NCBI GenBank assembly: GCA_014239775.1
Contig: JAAZYG010000050.1
Coordinates: 1-50,250 of the forward strand
Direction of reading: 5' to 3'
From: Candidatus Uhrbacteria bacterium
GTDB lineage: Bacteria > Patescibacteriota > Patescibacteriia > UBA9934 > GWF2-40-263
DNA length: 50,250 bases
Shown: one piece after another, positions 29,391-38,926 of the stretch
Numbering within the stretch: position 1 is the stretch's first letter
Layout of the letters: each line of letters begins with the position of its first letter
Position numbers and translations under genes: made by a program
The notes under the pieces: model-generated
What the model saw: only the letters and a program-made list of their open reading frames with translations
What the model was told of the DNA's origin: nothing
The model's database searches: none

Positions 29391-30005
29391 TTACCTTGAG
29401 TAGAACTCAACGATTAAGGTTGAATCAAATAATTGCTCTATATCTTCACTTGCTGGCAATGCTGTAACTTTTCCAGTTATAGCCTTTTCATCTCTTGCCA
29501 ACCATGAAGGTACTTGAGTTTCTTTAATATTTTCAATTCCTTGCTTTATAATTCCTTTTTCTATCTTTGACTGTTTAATTGAAATCTCATCACCAATCCT
29601 TGCACTAAATGAAGGAATGTCAACACGTTTTCCATTAACTTCTATGAATCCGTGATTAACAATTTGCCTTGCTTGACGTCTGGTTTTTGCAATACCTAGC
29701 CTGTATATAATATTATCCAAACGTAATTCCAAAAGCTGCAACATAACCTCAGCGGTATTACCGGTTTTCTTTGATGCTTTTTGATAATAACCTCTAAACT
29801 GACGCTCCAGGATTCCATATAACGCCTTGGCTTTTTGCTTTTCAAGCAACTGTTCACCATATGATGAAAGTCTTGGTCTGCGCCTTACGTTCTTAGGACC
29901 ATGTATACCTGGTGGATATGGCCTACGACGAACATAGTTCTCCTTACCCAATGTAATTCCTAGTCTTCGAGATCTCTTTACGATTTTTGATCTATCTTTT
30001 GCCAT
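29391..30005 (-). CDS. rpsD: 30S ribosomal protein S4
   Basis: 204 aa. S4 domain RLDNIIYRLGIAKTRRQARQIVNHGFIEVNGKRV. Confidence 0.97.
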   Translation of the reverse strand: MAKDRSKIVKRSRRLGITLGKENYVRRRPYPPGIHGPKNVRRRPRLSSYGEQLLEKQKAKALYGILERQFRGYYQKASKKTGNTAEVMLQLLELRLDNIIYRLGIAKTRRQARQIVNHGFIEVNGKRVDIPSFSARIGDEISIKQSKIEKGIIKQGIENIKETQVPSWLARDEKAITGKVTALPASEDIEQLFDSTLIVEFYSR

Positions 30006-30008
30006 ATC

Positions 30009-30410
30009 TTATATACGTCGTGGTTTAGAAGGACGACATCCATTGTGTGGTAATGGAGTTACGTCCTTTATAGTAAGCACATTAAATCCATTTGCATTTA
30101 GTGCACGGATTGCAGCATCTCTTCCAGATCCAATCCCCTTTGCAAACACATTCAATTCTTTCAATCCAGTTTCTTTAACTTTTTCAGCAACACTTTTTAC
30201 AATTATACTTGCTGCATAAGGCGTAGCTTTTTTAGGACCACGAAAACCACAATTACCAGCACTAGACCATGCAAGGGTGTTACCGTTTAAATCAGTAACT
30301 GTAACAATTGTGTTGTTGTATGTTGCCTGAATATAAGCACAGCCCTGAGAAACTTTTCTCACGACAACTTTTTTCTTCTTTGATTTTGAATGTTTCTTGG
30401 CAACTGCCAT
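30009..30410 (-). CDS. rpsK: 30S ribosomal protein S11
   Basis: 133 aa. GFRGPKKATPYAA ... TPLPHNGCRPSKPRRI. Confidence 0.97.
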   Translation of the reverse strand: MAVAKKHSKSKKKKVVVRKVSQGCAYIQATYNNTIVTVTDLNGNTLAWSSAGNCGFRGPKKATPYAASIIVKSVAEKVKETGLKELNVFAKGIGSGRDAAIRALNANGFNVLTIKDVTPLPHNGCRPSKPRRI

Positions 30411-30428
30411 AGCAATTAATTCTATTTA

Positions 30429-30818
30429 TTAGGTCTTAGTTAACGCACGACGACCTGATCCTGAAGTATTTCTTACGTTTCCACGAACTGTGCGTGAATT
30501 TGTTTTAGTTCTTTGACCACGCATAGGAAGATGTTTTGCATGCCTTGAACCCCTATAACTCTGAACTTCTTTCAAACGTTTAATATTTGATATCTTATCT
30601 CGTCTCAAATCACCCTCTAGACGATAATTACCTTTTTCTAAAAAATCACGTATTGAATTTACTTGATCATCTGTTAAATCTTTTGTTCTTGTGTTTTCAT
30701 CAATTCCAGCCTGTTTAAGAATTTTTTGTGATGTTTTAAGACCAATACCACAAACATACGTCAATGAAATGACTATCCTCTTATCATTTGGAATTGTTAC
30801 TCCTGATATACGTGCCAT
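30429..30818 (-). CDS. rpsM: 30S ribosomal protein S13
   Basis: [26 protein letters not shown] ... basic C-terminus. Confidence 0.97.
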   Translation of the reverse strand: MARISGVTIPNDKRIVISLTYVCGIGLKTSQKILKQAGIDENTRTKDLTDDQVNSIRDFLEKGNYRLEGDLRRDKISNIKRLKEVQSYRGSRHAKHLPMRGQRTKTNSRTVRGNVRNTSGSGRRALTKT

Positions 30819-30822
30819 AATT

Positions 30823-30936
30823 TTAACCTTGCCTCTGTTTATGTTTAGGGTTTTTACAACTAACGACTACCCGACCTTTACGGCGAGTAACCTTACAATC
30901 ACGACACATTTTTTTTGCAGAAGCTCTAACCTTCAT
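30823..30936 (-). CDS. rpmJ: 50S ribosomal protein L36
   Basis: Not in the ORF track (37 aa). Manual translation of the minus strand gives [37 protein letters not shown]. Canonical position between infA and rpsM. Confidence 0.93.
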   Translation of the reverse strand: MKVRASAKKMCRDCKVTRRKGRVVVSCKNPKHKQRQG

Positions 30937-30975
30937 ATTTATAAATCTATAAACGTCACCAAAATAGATGACGTC

Positions 30976-31197
30976 TTAATAACGATATACAACCCTGCCC
31001 TTCGTAAGATCATACGGACTAATCTCCAACTTAACATCATCACCCGGAAGGATTCTGATCCTAAATTTTCTCATCTTACCAGACAGATGACCAATAATAA
31101 CTTGACCATTTTCTAATTTAATTTTGAAATTTGCTGCAGGTAGTAATTCTTCTACCGTACCCCTCATTTCAATAAAGTCTTTTGTTCCTTTTGCCAT
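30976..31197 (-). CDS. infA: Translation initiation factor IF-1
   Basis: 73 aa. S1-like fold, [38 protein letters not shown]. Confidence 0.97.
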   Translation of the reverse strand: MAKGTKDFIEMRGTVEELLPAANFKIKLENGQVIIGHLSGKMRKFRIRILPGDDVKLEISPYDLTKGRVVYRY

Positions 31198-31214
31198 AAC
31201 TTAATAACGTTGCG

Positions 31215-31243
31215 ATTCTATCAAAAGTTTCTAAATAAATCAA
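31215..31243 (-). promoter_or_regulatory. Proximal promoter of the infA-r-protein-rpoA operon
   Basis: On the minus strand: TTGATT (31243-31238), 17 nt, TAGAAT (31220-31215). Confidence 0.5.
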
Positions 31244-31270
31244 GAAATTAAGCTTTTTTAAGGCGCCGAT

Positions 31271-31299
31271 ATAATACTTTTTCTGCAGCCTTCTGTCAA
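31271..31299 (-). promoter_or_regulatory. Distal promoter of the infA-r-protein-rpoA operon
   Basis: On the minus strand: TTGACA (31299-31294), 17 nt, TATTAT (31276-31271). Confidence 0.5.
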
Positions 31300-31348
31300 G
31301 AAATATATCATATGTAATATACTGAATATTATTTTGCTTTAAATTAGC

Positions 31349-33238
31349 CTAATTTTGTTCTAAAATTGCTTTAATTCTTCTTATTCCAGAACTACTAGAT
31401 TCCTCTTTTTTTATACTGAATTTACCTAATTCACCAGTCCTTTTCACATGTGGACCTCCGCACACTTCTTTACTAAAACAAACACCCTCTGATTCAGAGC
31501 CTATGTTATATACTTTTATCTTACCGCCCAACTGAGCATATTTATCATCAAAAACACCTATAGCACCACTACTCTTAGCATCTTTAATATCATACATCTG
31601 ATATTCAACAATAAGATCTTTTTTTATATTCACATTAACTAGATCCTCTACTTTTTTTATTTCTTCTTTTGTTATTTTTTGTGGATGTGTAAAATCAAAA
31701 CGCAATCTTTTTTGTGTAATATTTGATCCCTTTTGCACAACATGGTCTCCTAAAATAGTCCTTAATGCCTGATGCAGCATATGTGTTGCAGTATGTAGTC
31801 TTACGGTTTCTTTAGCATCATCAGCAAGTCCACCCACAAATTTCTGTGTTGAACCAGCACGAGAAAGATCTTGGTGTTTTCTAAATTCTTTAATAAATAC
31901 ATCCTTATCAACTAACTGACCTTTTTCTTCTGCTAGTTCTTGTGTTAGCTCTAGCGGAAATCCATATGTTGAATAAAGTATGAATGCATCTTTGCCTGAT
32001 ATTCCATTATTTTTTTCGAACATATCAACAAACTCCTTCTCACCCTTTATAAGTGTTTTGGCAAATTTTTTCTCTTCATCTACAAGCTTCTCTAATATAT
32101 TAACTCTGTTGATTTCTAAGTCCGAATAATGGACTTTGTATTTTTCAATAAATTTTTCTGCAACCAAACCACAAAATTCATTATCTATTCCAAGCTTCTT
32201 TCCAAAACGTACAGCACGTCTTATAAGACGTCTTACAAAATAACCTTGATCTTTATTTGATGGATAAGCATTATCATTAATTAAAAAGGTTGCAGCCCTA
32301 ACATGATCTAGTATTACTCTAAATGCTTTTTTTATTTCTGTATTTTCATCATATCTTAAACCTGACTTCCCTTCCAAAACATCAATTGCTTCATTAAATA
32401 CATCAATTTTAAAAATATCTGAAACATTATTCTCGGCAGCAACAATACGCTCTAAACCTCCACCAAAATCTACATTCTTACTAGGTAATGACTTGAAACC
32501 TTTTTCTGTTCTGACATATTCCATAAATACACTGTTTCCAATCTCTAAAAACCTTCCACAGTCACAATTTACATGGCATATATTATCTTTATACTTCGAC
32601 TTTTCATGTACACCTAGATCTTCTCCAAAATCCCAAAACATCTCTGTGTCTGGTCCACCAGGCTCACCTGACGGCATTTTTTCTGGCATACCATACCTTG
32701 ACCACCAGTTTTTTGACTCATCATAATAAAAAATCTTTCCGCCTTGCAATCCATTAATTTCTGAGTTGTCAATATCAACAGCTTCTATTCCAACACTACT
32801 AAAAGCATCTTTCCATAACAAAACCGATACAACATCACGTTCTATACCTAATTTTTTATTTCCTCTAAATACAGTTACATACAGCCTATTAGGATCTAAT
32901 CCTAATTCTTTTGTAAGAAACTCGAAAACCCATGGTATTTGCTGAGTTTTAAAATAATCACCCAATGACCAATTACCAAGCATTTCAAAAAAAGTGGTAT
33001 GCCTATTATCACCAACCTCATCAATGTCTTGTGACCTAAAGCATTTCTGTGAATTTGTTAACCTTCTTCCACTAGAATGTACCTCCCCTAACAAATATGG
33101 GACTATTGGTTGCATTCCTGAGCCTGTAAATAGTGTAGTTGGATCATTGTCAGGTAACAGTGAAGCAGAACCTATTATTTCGTGGTTGTATTTTTTGAAA
33201 AAATTTAAATATTTTTCTCTAATTTCGTATGTTTTCAT
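31349..33238 (-). CDS. alaS: Alanine--tRNA ligase, short form lacking the C-terminal (C-Ala/DHHA1-like) domain
   Basis: 629 aa. The N-terminal class II core (FTGSGMQP, FEMLGNWSLGDYF) and the editing domain (HTATHMLHQALR, CGGPHV) are present. The protein stops shortly after the editing domain. Confidence 0.93.
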   Translation of the reverse strand: MKTYEIREKYLNFFKKYNHEIIGSASLLPDNDPTTLFTGSGMQPIVPYLLGEVHSSGRRLTNSQKCFRSQDIDEVGDNRHTTFFEMLGNWSLGDYFKTQQIPWVFEFLTKELGLDPNRLYVTVFRGNKKLGIERDVVSVLLWKDAFSSVGIEAVDIDNSEINGLQGGKIFYYDESKNWWSRYGMPEKMPSGEPGGPDTEMFWDFGEDLGVHEKSKYKDNICHVNCDCGRFLEIGNSVFMEYVRTEKGFKSLPSKNVDFGGGLERIVAAENNVSDIFKIDVFNEAIDVLEGKSGLRYDENTEIKKAFRVILDHVRAATFLINDNAYPSNKDQGYFVRRLIRRAVRFGKKLGIDNEFCGLVAEKFIEKYKVHYSDLEINRVNILEKLVDEEKKFAKTLIKGEKEFVDMFEKNNGISGKDAFILYSTYGFPLELTQELAEEKGQLVDKDVFIKEFRKHQDLSRAGSTQKFVGGLADDAKETVRLHTATHMLHQALRTILGDHVVQKGSNITQKRLRFDFTHPQKITKEEIKKVEDLVNVNIKKDLIVEYQMYDIKDAKSSGAIGVFDDKYAQLGGKIKVYNIGSESEGVCFSKEVCGGPHVKRTGELGKFSIKKEESSSSGIRRIKAILEQN

Positions 33239-33278
33239 AACTAGAATATTCTACATAAGCTAATTGCAAGAGTCCAGT

Positions 33279-34901
33279 TTAGCTTCCGCCTATGTTATCT
33301 GTATTTGAAAATGATTCCTCTGGCACAGTTTTTTTAAGAATTTTTTTATGCATTGCAGCAATAAATACATCCAGTTCCTCACTTTTCAATAAATAAGATA
33401 CTAGTATGTACAAAACCAAACCTACACCACCCGCAAGTACACCTTGAGACAAAACACCAATAAAAGTATCATTTGGTATTAATTCTACAGCAACTGGCTT
33501 TAATGTCTGCATCATAACACCACAAACAAGTCCTGCTGCAGACATCTTTAGCAGTGATTGTGAAATAACAGATTCACCCAAAGAACCCATTTTTTGACGC
33601 AGTGGAGCCCACAATAAAATCATATTTACAATCATTGCCAGTGAATACGCCATTGATAAGCCTATTACACCAAATGATTCTTTAAACAAAAATGCACTTA
33701 TTATACCCACCAATGAAGCCACAAACCCTGCAACAAGTGGTGTTACTGTATTTTCAAGTGCAAAGAACGCTCTTGCTAGTATGTAAACTAATGACTGGGG
33801 TATGAATGTTAGTGCAAAAAATGCAAGCGTGTCAGCTGTAAGTATTGTAGCCTCCCAATCAAATGCACCCGCACCAACGACAACACGAACAATTTGTGCA
33901 CGAAAAATAAGAAACAACAAAGTGATTGGAATCATAAAAAACAGCACTTGTCGTACTGTTGATAAAAAAGTAATTTTAAACTTATCTATTTCTTTTTTTG
34001 CAATATGATCTGAGAACGCAGGAAATGCAGCTATTGCATATGAAATACCAATAATACCTATCGGGAAAAACTGTATGTTATATGCAAACTGAAAAACAGT
34101 AACAGACCCTATTGTCATGGTTGTAGCGACCATTGTAAGAATAATAAACAAAATCTGATTTACGGCTATACCCAGAACTCTTGGTCCTGTCATTCTTAGC
34201 ATTGTCGCAATACTTTTATCTGACAATTGAAAACTCCACCTATACCTATACCCGCTTAAAAATACACCAATGACCTGTACAATCAAGTGAAGGACCGCGC
34301 CTAACACCACACCCCAAGCCAAACCAATTAAACCAATCTTATCTACAAAAAAAATTGCACCCAAAATAATTCCTACGTTATACAAAATTGGTGCAAGAGC
34401 GTATAAAAAAAATCTTTTTAAACTTTGAAGGACACTTCCTAGTACCATCGAAATTGCCAAAATAAATTGTGCAATGAGCATAACCTTAATCATTGATTCA
34501 ACCATCAATTGCTTCGCCTCACTAAAACCAGGTGCAATAATAGAACTGATTGGGTCAATAAATATAAATAAAGTAACTGAAAAACATATCATAACCACAC
34601 CCAACATGCTCACTACATTGTTGGTAAATCTCCACGCCTGTTTCTTATCAAATTTTTTATATTGCTTTGTAAATAATGGAATAAAACTTGCTGATAATGC
34701 ACCAACAACTATTAGACTAAATAAAAAGTCTGGTACCTTAAAGGCCGCATAATATACATCTAGCACATCACCTGCACCAAACTTTCCTGCCAGAATCCTA
34801 TCTCGAATCAAACCAACAATACGACTAACAAAAGAAAGGATGCCAACAATAGTGGCAGCCCCAACAATAGTCTTAGATTCCTTATTAATAAACTTAAACA
34901 T
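33279..34901 (-). CDS. murJ: Lipid II flippase MurJ (MviN)
   Basis: 540 aa with about 14 TM helices. N-terminus SRIVGLIRDRILAGKFGAGDVLDVYYAAFKVPDFLF is typical of MurJ. Confidence 0.9.
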   Translation of the reverse strand: MFKFINKESKTIVGAATIVGILSFVSRIVGLIRDRILAGKFGAGDVLDVYYAAFKVPDFLFSLIVVGALSASFIPLFTKQYKKFDKKQAWRFTNNVVSMLGVVMICFSVTLFIFIDPISSIIAPGFSEAKQLMVESMIKVMLIAQFILAISMVLGSVLQSLKRFFLYALAPILYNVGIILGAIFFVDKIGLIGLAWGVVLGAVLHLIVQVIGVFLSGYRYRWSFQLSDKSIATMLRMTGPRVLGIAVNQILFIILTMVATTMTIGSVTVFQFAYNIQFFPIGIIGISYAIAAFPAFSDHIAKKEIDKFKITFLSTVRQVLFFMIPITLLFLIFRAQIVRVVVGAGAFDWEATILTADTLAFFALTFIPQSLVYILARAFFALENTVTPLVAGFVASLVGIISAFLFKESFGVIGLSMAYSLAMIVNMILLWAPLRQKMGSLGESVISQSLLKMSAAGLVCGVMMQTLKPVAVELIPNDTFIGVLSQGVLAGGVGLVLYILVSYLLKSEELDVFIAAMHKKILKKTVPEESFSNTDNIGGS

Positions 34902-36227
34902 TTAATCTTCCTCTATTACATTTATTTTTCTTACTTTTTTGGTTTTTTGAGTAACAACCTTTTTTTTATTTACCTTAATTTCATTTTCTTCTATAACCTC
35001 ATCTAGCAGTACTTCATTTTTAATTTTTTTACCAACAGAAAACATTATGGTAATTCCAATTAAAAGCATAATTATTAATACAAGCATCGCTATTAACACA
35101 ACTTTATTTTGCAATGTAAAAAATGGTATCAGTACCGTAACACTTTCAGAGGCAACAGAACCATCACCTGATAACACTGACAACAAAACATTGTATGTTC
35201 CTGCTGATTTGAATGTGTGTGTAGATTTTTTTCTTGATGATTTTACACCATCGCCAAAATCCCATTCATATACATATCCGCTTATTTCCGGTCCTAGAAC
35301 TGAAAAGATGTATGTGTTATAGCTATTTCTAGTAAGTTTAAATACTGCGTTTGGTGACATGATCTCCTTGCCATTTTTGTCAGACAAATCGACATTTAAG
35401 GTTAGATCCTCCTTGTTATTGTCTAGATCTTGATCATTGATTTCTTTTGTTATTGTTTCTACAATCTGTTCCATTAGAACAGCGGTGTCGTTATTATCAT
35501 CAACGATGGCATTATTATTGATTTCCGCCAAATCTTTTACCTGATCAAGCTTTGGTTCAGTTTTGGGCTCTGGTTCTGGTTGTACAACAGGTATAAATTT
35601 AGTTTGATTTGGATCATTTGGAAAAGCATCATCCATGTCATCTACACCATCTCCATCACTATCCCTTGATAATGAATTTGATCCGATCTCATTTTCAACC
35701 TCATCAGTAAGTCCGTCGTTGTCGTCGTCATCATCACAAACATCTCCGAAACCATCTCCGTCATTATCATTCTGATCAGGATTTGCAACATCTATACAAT
35801 TATCATTTATATTAGAAATCTCATCCCTGTCATTATCTATAATTGGTTCGAACATACCTGTAATCGCAACGTTGTTGTCTATATGAGGATCAACTGGATC
35901 AGTACCCTGAATAATTGCTCTAATGTTAAAATTCCCGGACGGCACAACAAAATCTACATAAACTTCCTCTGGATTACCTCCAGCCAAAACTGAAATAACC
36001 TGTGAATTACCTATTGGCACACTTCCTTGAAAAAAAGAAATATAACCCGCCACATCCTCATCACCCACATTGTCAATTGATGCGTATATTCTAATACTGT
36101 CACCTGCTATTAAGACCTCTTCTGAAAGAGACAGATTTGATGACAATATCTGAATATCTATAACGGATGCCCGAACAATAAATGGCGTCATTATTAAAAA
36201 TAGTAAAACAATTAATCTTCTGTACAT
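34902..36227 (-). CDS. Membrane-anchored surface protein with CARDB-like, thrombospondin-type-3 Ca-binding repeat and PKD domains
   Basis: Signal peptide MYRRLIVLLFLIMTPFIVRASV. DxDxDG repeats (NPDQNDNDGDGFGDVCDDDDDNDGLTDE, DSDGDGVDDMDD). PKD-like YEWDFGDG...GTYNVLLSV. A C-terminal TM helix plus a K-rich tail. Confidence 0.8.
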   Translation of the reverse strand: MYRRLIVLLFLIMTPFIVRASVIDIQILSSNLSLSEEVLIAGDSIRIYASIDNVGDEDVAGYISFFQGSVPIGNSQVISVLAGGNPEEVYVDFVVPSGNFNIRAIIQGTDPVDPHIDNNVAITGMFEPIIDNDRDEISNINDNCIDVANPDQNDNDGDGFGDVCDDDDDNDGLTDEVENEIGSNSLSRDSDGDGVDDMDDAFPNDPNQTKFIPVVQPEPEPKTEPKLDQVKDLAEINNNAIVDDNNDTAVLMEQIVETITKEINDQDLDNNKEDLTLNVDLSDKNGKEIMSPNAVFKLTRNSYNTYIFSVLGPEISGYVYEWDFGDGVKSSRKKSTHTFKSAGTYNVLLSVLSGDGSVASESVTVLIPFFTLQNKVVLIAMLVLIIMLLIGITIMFSVGKKIKNEVLLDEVIEENEIKVNKKKVVTQKTKKVRKINVIEED

Positions 36228-36784
36228 ATATATAAATCATCTCCTGACTGAATCCAATTTTCCGCAGCTTCATCTGCGGAAATATGTAATTCATTAGCGA
36301 ATGTTGGATGCACCCTTACAGTAACATGATTGAATTTTATGTTTTTATTTGTGCCACACCCCAATGAAACAACGTCCCCTTGTGACAGACCAAGTTTATT
36401 TGAAACTTTTTTATCACAATGCAAATGTCTTGCTGCAATTATCACAGAAGATCTTGCATTTACTTCACCTAATGGCCCTTTTATTATACATGAACCTGAC
36501 CTTAATAAATCACCCGAAACCCTTACAGGAGCATCAACCCCCACTGCGACCGCGTCTGAAGCAGATAATTCTACCTGTGTCTTTGACCTCCATGGCCCTA
36601 TGACACATACATCTTCAAAAATTCCACTGTCACCTATTATATTTACTTTTTGTGTAAATACACCTTGCCCTCTATGTCCAATTTGCTTTAGTATTTTAAA
36701 CTCACAATCCTTACCAAAAAGTATTTTAGCGTCTTTCTCTGACAAATGAATATGTCTATATTGAATTACAGCAGGAAATTTCAT
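36212..36784 (-). CDS. pduL: PduL-type phosphate acyltransferase (phosphotransacetylase/propanoyltransferase)
   Basis: 190 aa with the two PduL repeats, each carrying an RH(I/L)H motif: YRHIHLSEKDAKILFG ... GPWRSKTQVELSASDA and AARHLHCDKK ... VRVHPTFANELHISADEA. Confidence 0.85.
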   Translation of the reverse strand: MKFPAVIQYRHIHLSEKDAKILFGKDCEFKILKQIGHRGQGVFTQKVNIIGDSGIFEDVCVIGPWRSKTQVELSASDAVAVGVDAPVRVSGDLLRSGSCIIKGPLGEVNARSSVIIAARHLHCDKKVSNKLGLSQGDVVSLGCGTNKNIKFNHVTVRVHPTFANELHISADEAAENWIQSGDDLYICTED

Positions 36785-36785
36785 A

Positions 36786-37736
36786 CTAGGTTTTTGGTCT
36801 TTTTATAATTGCAAGTACAACACCTATAACACCTAAAAAGCCTGCAAAATACAAAAATGTAATTGTTTGTGGGTTTTCTGCAAATGGCAACCAACTTACA
36901 TTCATACCATAAAAACCAGCTATAAATGTTGGCACCATGAATGCAGCAGAAATAATAGTTAGTAAAGTCACAATCTCATTTGTCTTGTGTGATAACAATG
37001 CCTCATTTACATCAAAAAGTCCGTCTATAATCAGCTTCAGATTATCTGCTGTAAGCCAAATTGTATCCAATGAATCATGTAAATCATCAAAATACACATA
37101 TAAATCATCGGAAATAAATTGCTTTTTAATATTTGAAAAACTTGTCAAAATATTTCTCTGAGGATCTATAATATGCCTCAAGAATAAAGTATTACGTCTT
37201 GCGTGACCCAATTGTACTGTAATTGATTTTTCATGTCTGTGCTGAATAGCCTGTTCTAGTTTTGACACCTCGTTTGTTAGATCAGAAACTATTTTTAGTG
37301 AATCCCTGAAACTTTCAAATAAAATCCTATACATTAAAAACGCGGTACCTTTTCCAAGAGTCGATGTTCTTTGTTTAGAACTTTTCTGAAGACGGTAATA
37401 AAGATCTTCAATCTGACTATTCTTTGTATGTGTAATTGTAACCAAACTGTCTTTGCTTAAAAAAACATATAACTGTTCTCCGTACACATGCCCTATTTTT
37501 TTATGCACATGAGGTATGTGGAAAACAAAAAATATATAATGCTTATATGTATCCATTTTAGAAATAGATGTCTCTGTACTGATATCCTCGTAGTCTAAAT
37601 GATGATACTTGAAATCAGCCTTTATTGCATCAAGGTCTTTATTTGTAACACCTGTAATATGATGCCACTTCTTATCTTTGGATTCTAAAATTTGATTGAT
37701 CATGTACCTCCTGTTCTTTTTGGTTTTTATGCCCAA
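36786..37736 (-). CDS. corA: CorA-family Mg2+/Co2+ transporter
   Basis: 316 aa. Two C-terminal TM helices with GFYGMNV (GMN motif). An alternative ATG lies at 37703. Confidence 0.9.
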   Translation of the reverse strand: MGIKTKKNRRYMINQILESKDKKWHHITGVTNKDLDAIKADFKYHHLDYEDISTETSISKMDTYKHYIFFVFHIPHVHKKIGHVYGEQLYVFLSKDSLVTITHTKNSQIEDLYYRLQKSSKQRTSTLGKGTAFLMYRILFESFRDSLKIVSDLTNEVSKLEQAIQHRHEKSITVQLGHARRNTLFLRHIIDPQRNILTSFSNIKKQFISDDLYVYFDDLHDSLDTIWLTADNLKLIIDGLFDVNEALLSHKTNEIVTLLTIISAAFMVPTFIAGFYGMNVSWLPFAENPQTITFLYFAGFLGVIGVVLAIIKRPKT

Positions 37737-38421
37737 AAGTATAATTAAATTTATCGTGTCTAATTGGACCTATAAAAGCAATATGAAATTCAGCCATCAT
37801 ATACTTCATTGCTATTTTCATTCTACCGTCCCTATCTAGCCTTCTTATAGATACTGGTATCTTTGTGGATTTTAAAAAACCAAACTTACCAACCTTTTTG
37901 AATCGCTGTGCATAATCATGATCTTCACAAAAAACAATCGACTCATCAAAACCACCAAGCTTGTCATGCAGCTCTTTTTTAACAAACATACAAAAACCAG
38001 GAGCGTGAGGATACATTGCACCCCATGCACGCACATATTTATTATATGCTTTATGCAGAAAGTGATCTAGATAGGCATCTGATAAAGGAAAAACATCGCA
38101 TGTTGCAAGTCCTAGGTTTCTTTCATAAATTTCACCGACTGATTTTTCAAGAAACTTTGGGTCTCTCAACTCTACATCTGCATCTAAAAAAAGTATTAGA
38201 TCTGTTGATGCTAATCGTGCACCTTTATTTCTACCAGCAGAAGGAAGGCCACCATCTATTACAGTAGCTCCATATTTTTTTGCAACATCCCGTGTTTTGT
38301 CATCAGACAAAGCATCAGAAACTATAATCTCTTTTGGTTGCATTGTTTGTTTCTGTATTGATTTTAACAATATCTCAATAGAGTGTTCTTCATTTTTTGT
38401 TGGTATTACAATTGTAAGCAT
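37672..38421 (-). CDS. Family 2 glycosyltransferase
   Basis: MLTIVIPTKNEE ... FLDADVEL ... I use ATG 38421, which avoids overlap with the upstream trmH-like gene. The track ORF extends to 38460. Confidence 0.85.
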   Translation of the reverse strand: MLTIVIPTKNEEHSIEILLKSIQKQTMQPKEIIVSDALSDDKTRDVAKKYGATVIDGGLPSAGRNKGARLASTDLILFLDADVELRDPKFLEKSVGEIYERNLGLATCDVFPLSDAYLDHFLHKAYNKYVRAWGAMYPHAPGFCMFVKKELHDKLGGFDESIVFCEDHDYAQRFKKVGKFGFLKSTKIPVSIRRLDRDGRMKIAMKYMMAEFHIAFIGPIRHDKFNYTFGHKNQKEQEVHDQSNFRIQR

Positions 38422-38434
38422 ATCTATTTCTATT

Positions 38435-38899
38435 TTATCGCGTCTGTGACCTGATAGCAAACATTGCTATACCTGCTGCAACAGATACATTTAGGGACTT
38501 CTTTTGTCCTTGCATTGGTATTTCTGCAATAACATCACATATTTTAATTACATCTTTTTCTATTCCTTCAACTTCATTACCCAAAATTACCACATCCTTA
38601 TCTGTTGATTCTAGTGAATTTAATGAAATGGAACCCTCACCTGTTTCTAAGGCAATAATTCTATACCCATCTTTTTTTAGTTGCTCTAGGAGTTCAATAA
38701 CATTCTCATATCTGGTCCATTTTACCCTATGTTCTGAGCCAAGTGCTGTTTTCGCGATCTCTTTTCTAGGTGGAATACCAGTATATCCGGTCAAATAAAT
38801 GTGTTCTGCATCAAAAACATCTGCAGATCTAAATACTGATCCAACATTGTGAAGTGACCGTATGTTGTGAGCTATAACTATCATAGACTTGAAATTCAT
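38435..38899 (-). CDS. SpoU/TrmH-family RNA 2'-O-methyltransferase (minimal)
   Basis: 154 aa. IRSLHNVGSVFRSADVF, ILGNEVEGI and IPMQGQKKSLNVSVAAGIAMF. Confidence 0.88.
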   Translation of the reverse strand: MNFKSMIVIAHNIRSLHNVGSVFRSADVFDAEHIYLTGYTGIPPRKEIAKTALGSEHRVKWTRYENVIELLEQLKKDGYRIIALETGEGSISLNSLESTDKDVVILGNEVEGIEKDVIKICDVIAEIPMQGQKKSLNVSVAAGIAMFAIRSQTR

Positions 38900-38926
38900 T
38901 CGTTTTTACTTTAGTCTTGGTCTATT

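Noticed and set aside
30937-30975. 6-bp inverted repeat ACGTCA/TGACGT between infA and rpmJ, and an 8-bp stem with a 20-nt loop at about 6436-6471 between atpB and atpE.
   Set aside because: The stems are short or the loops long, so they are expected by chance in intergenic AT-rich DNA. Not reported as features.
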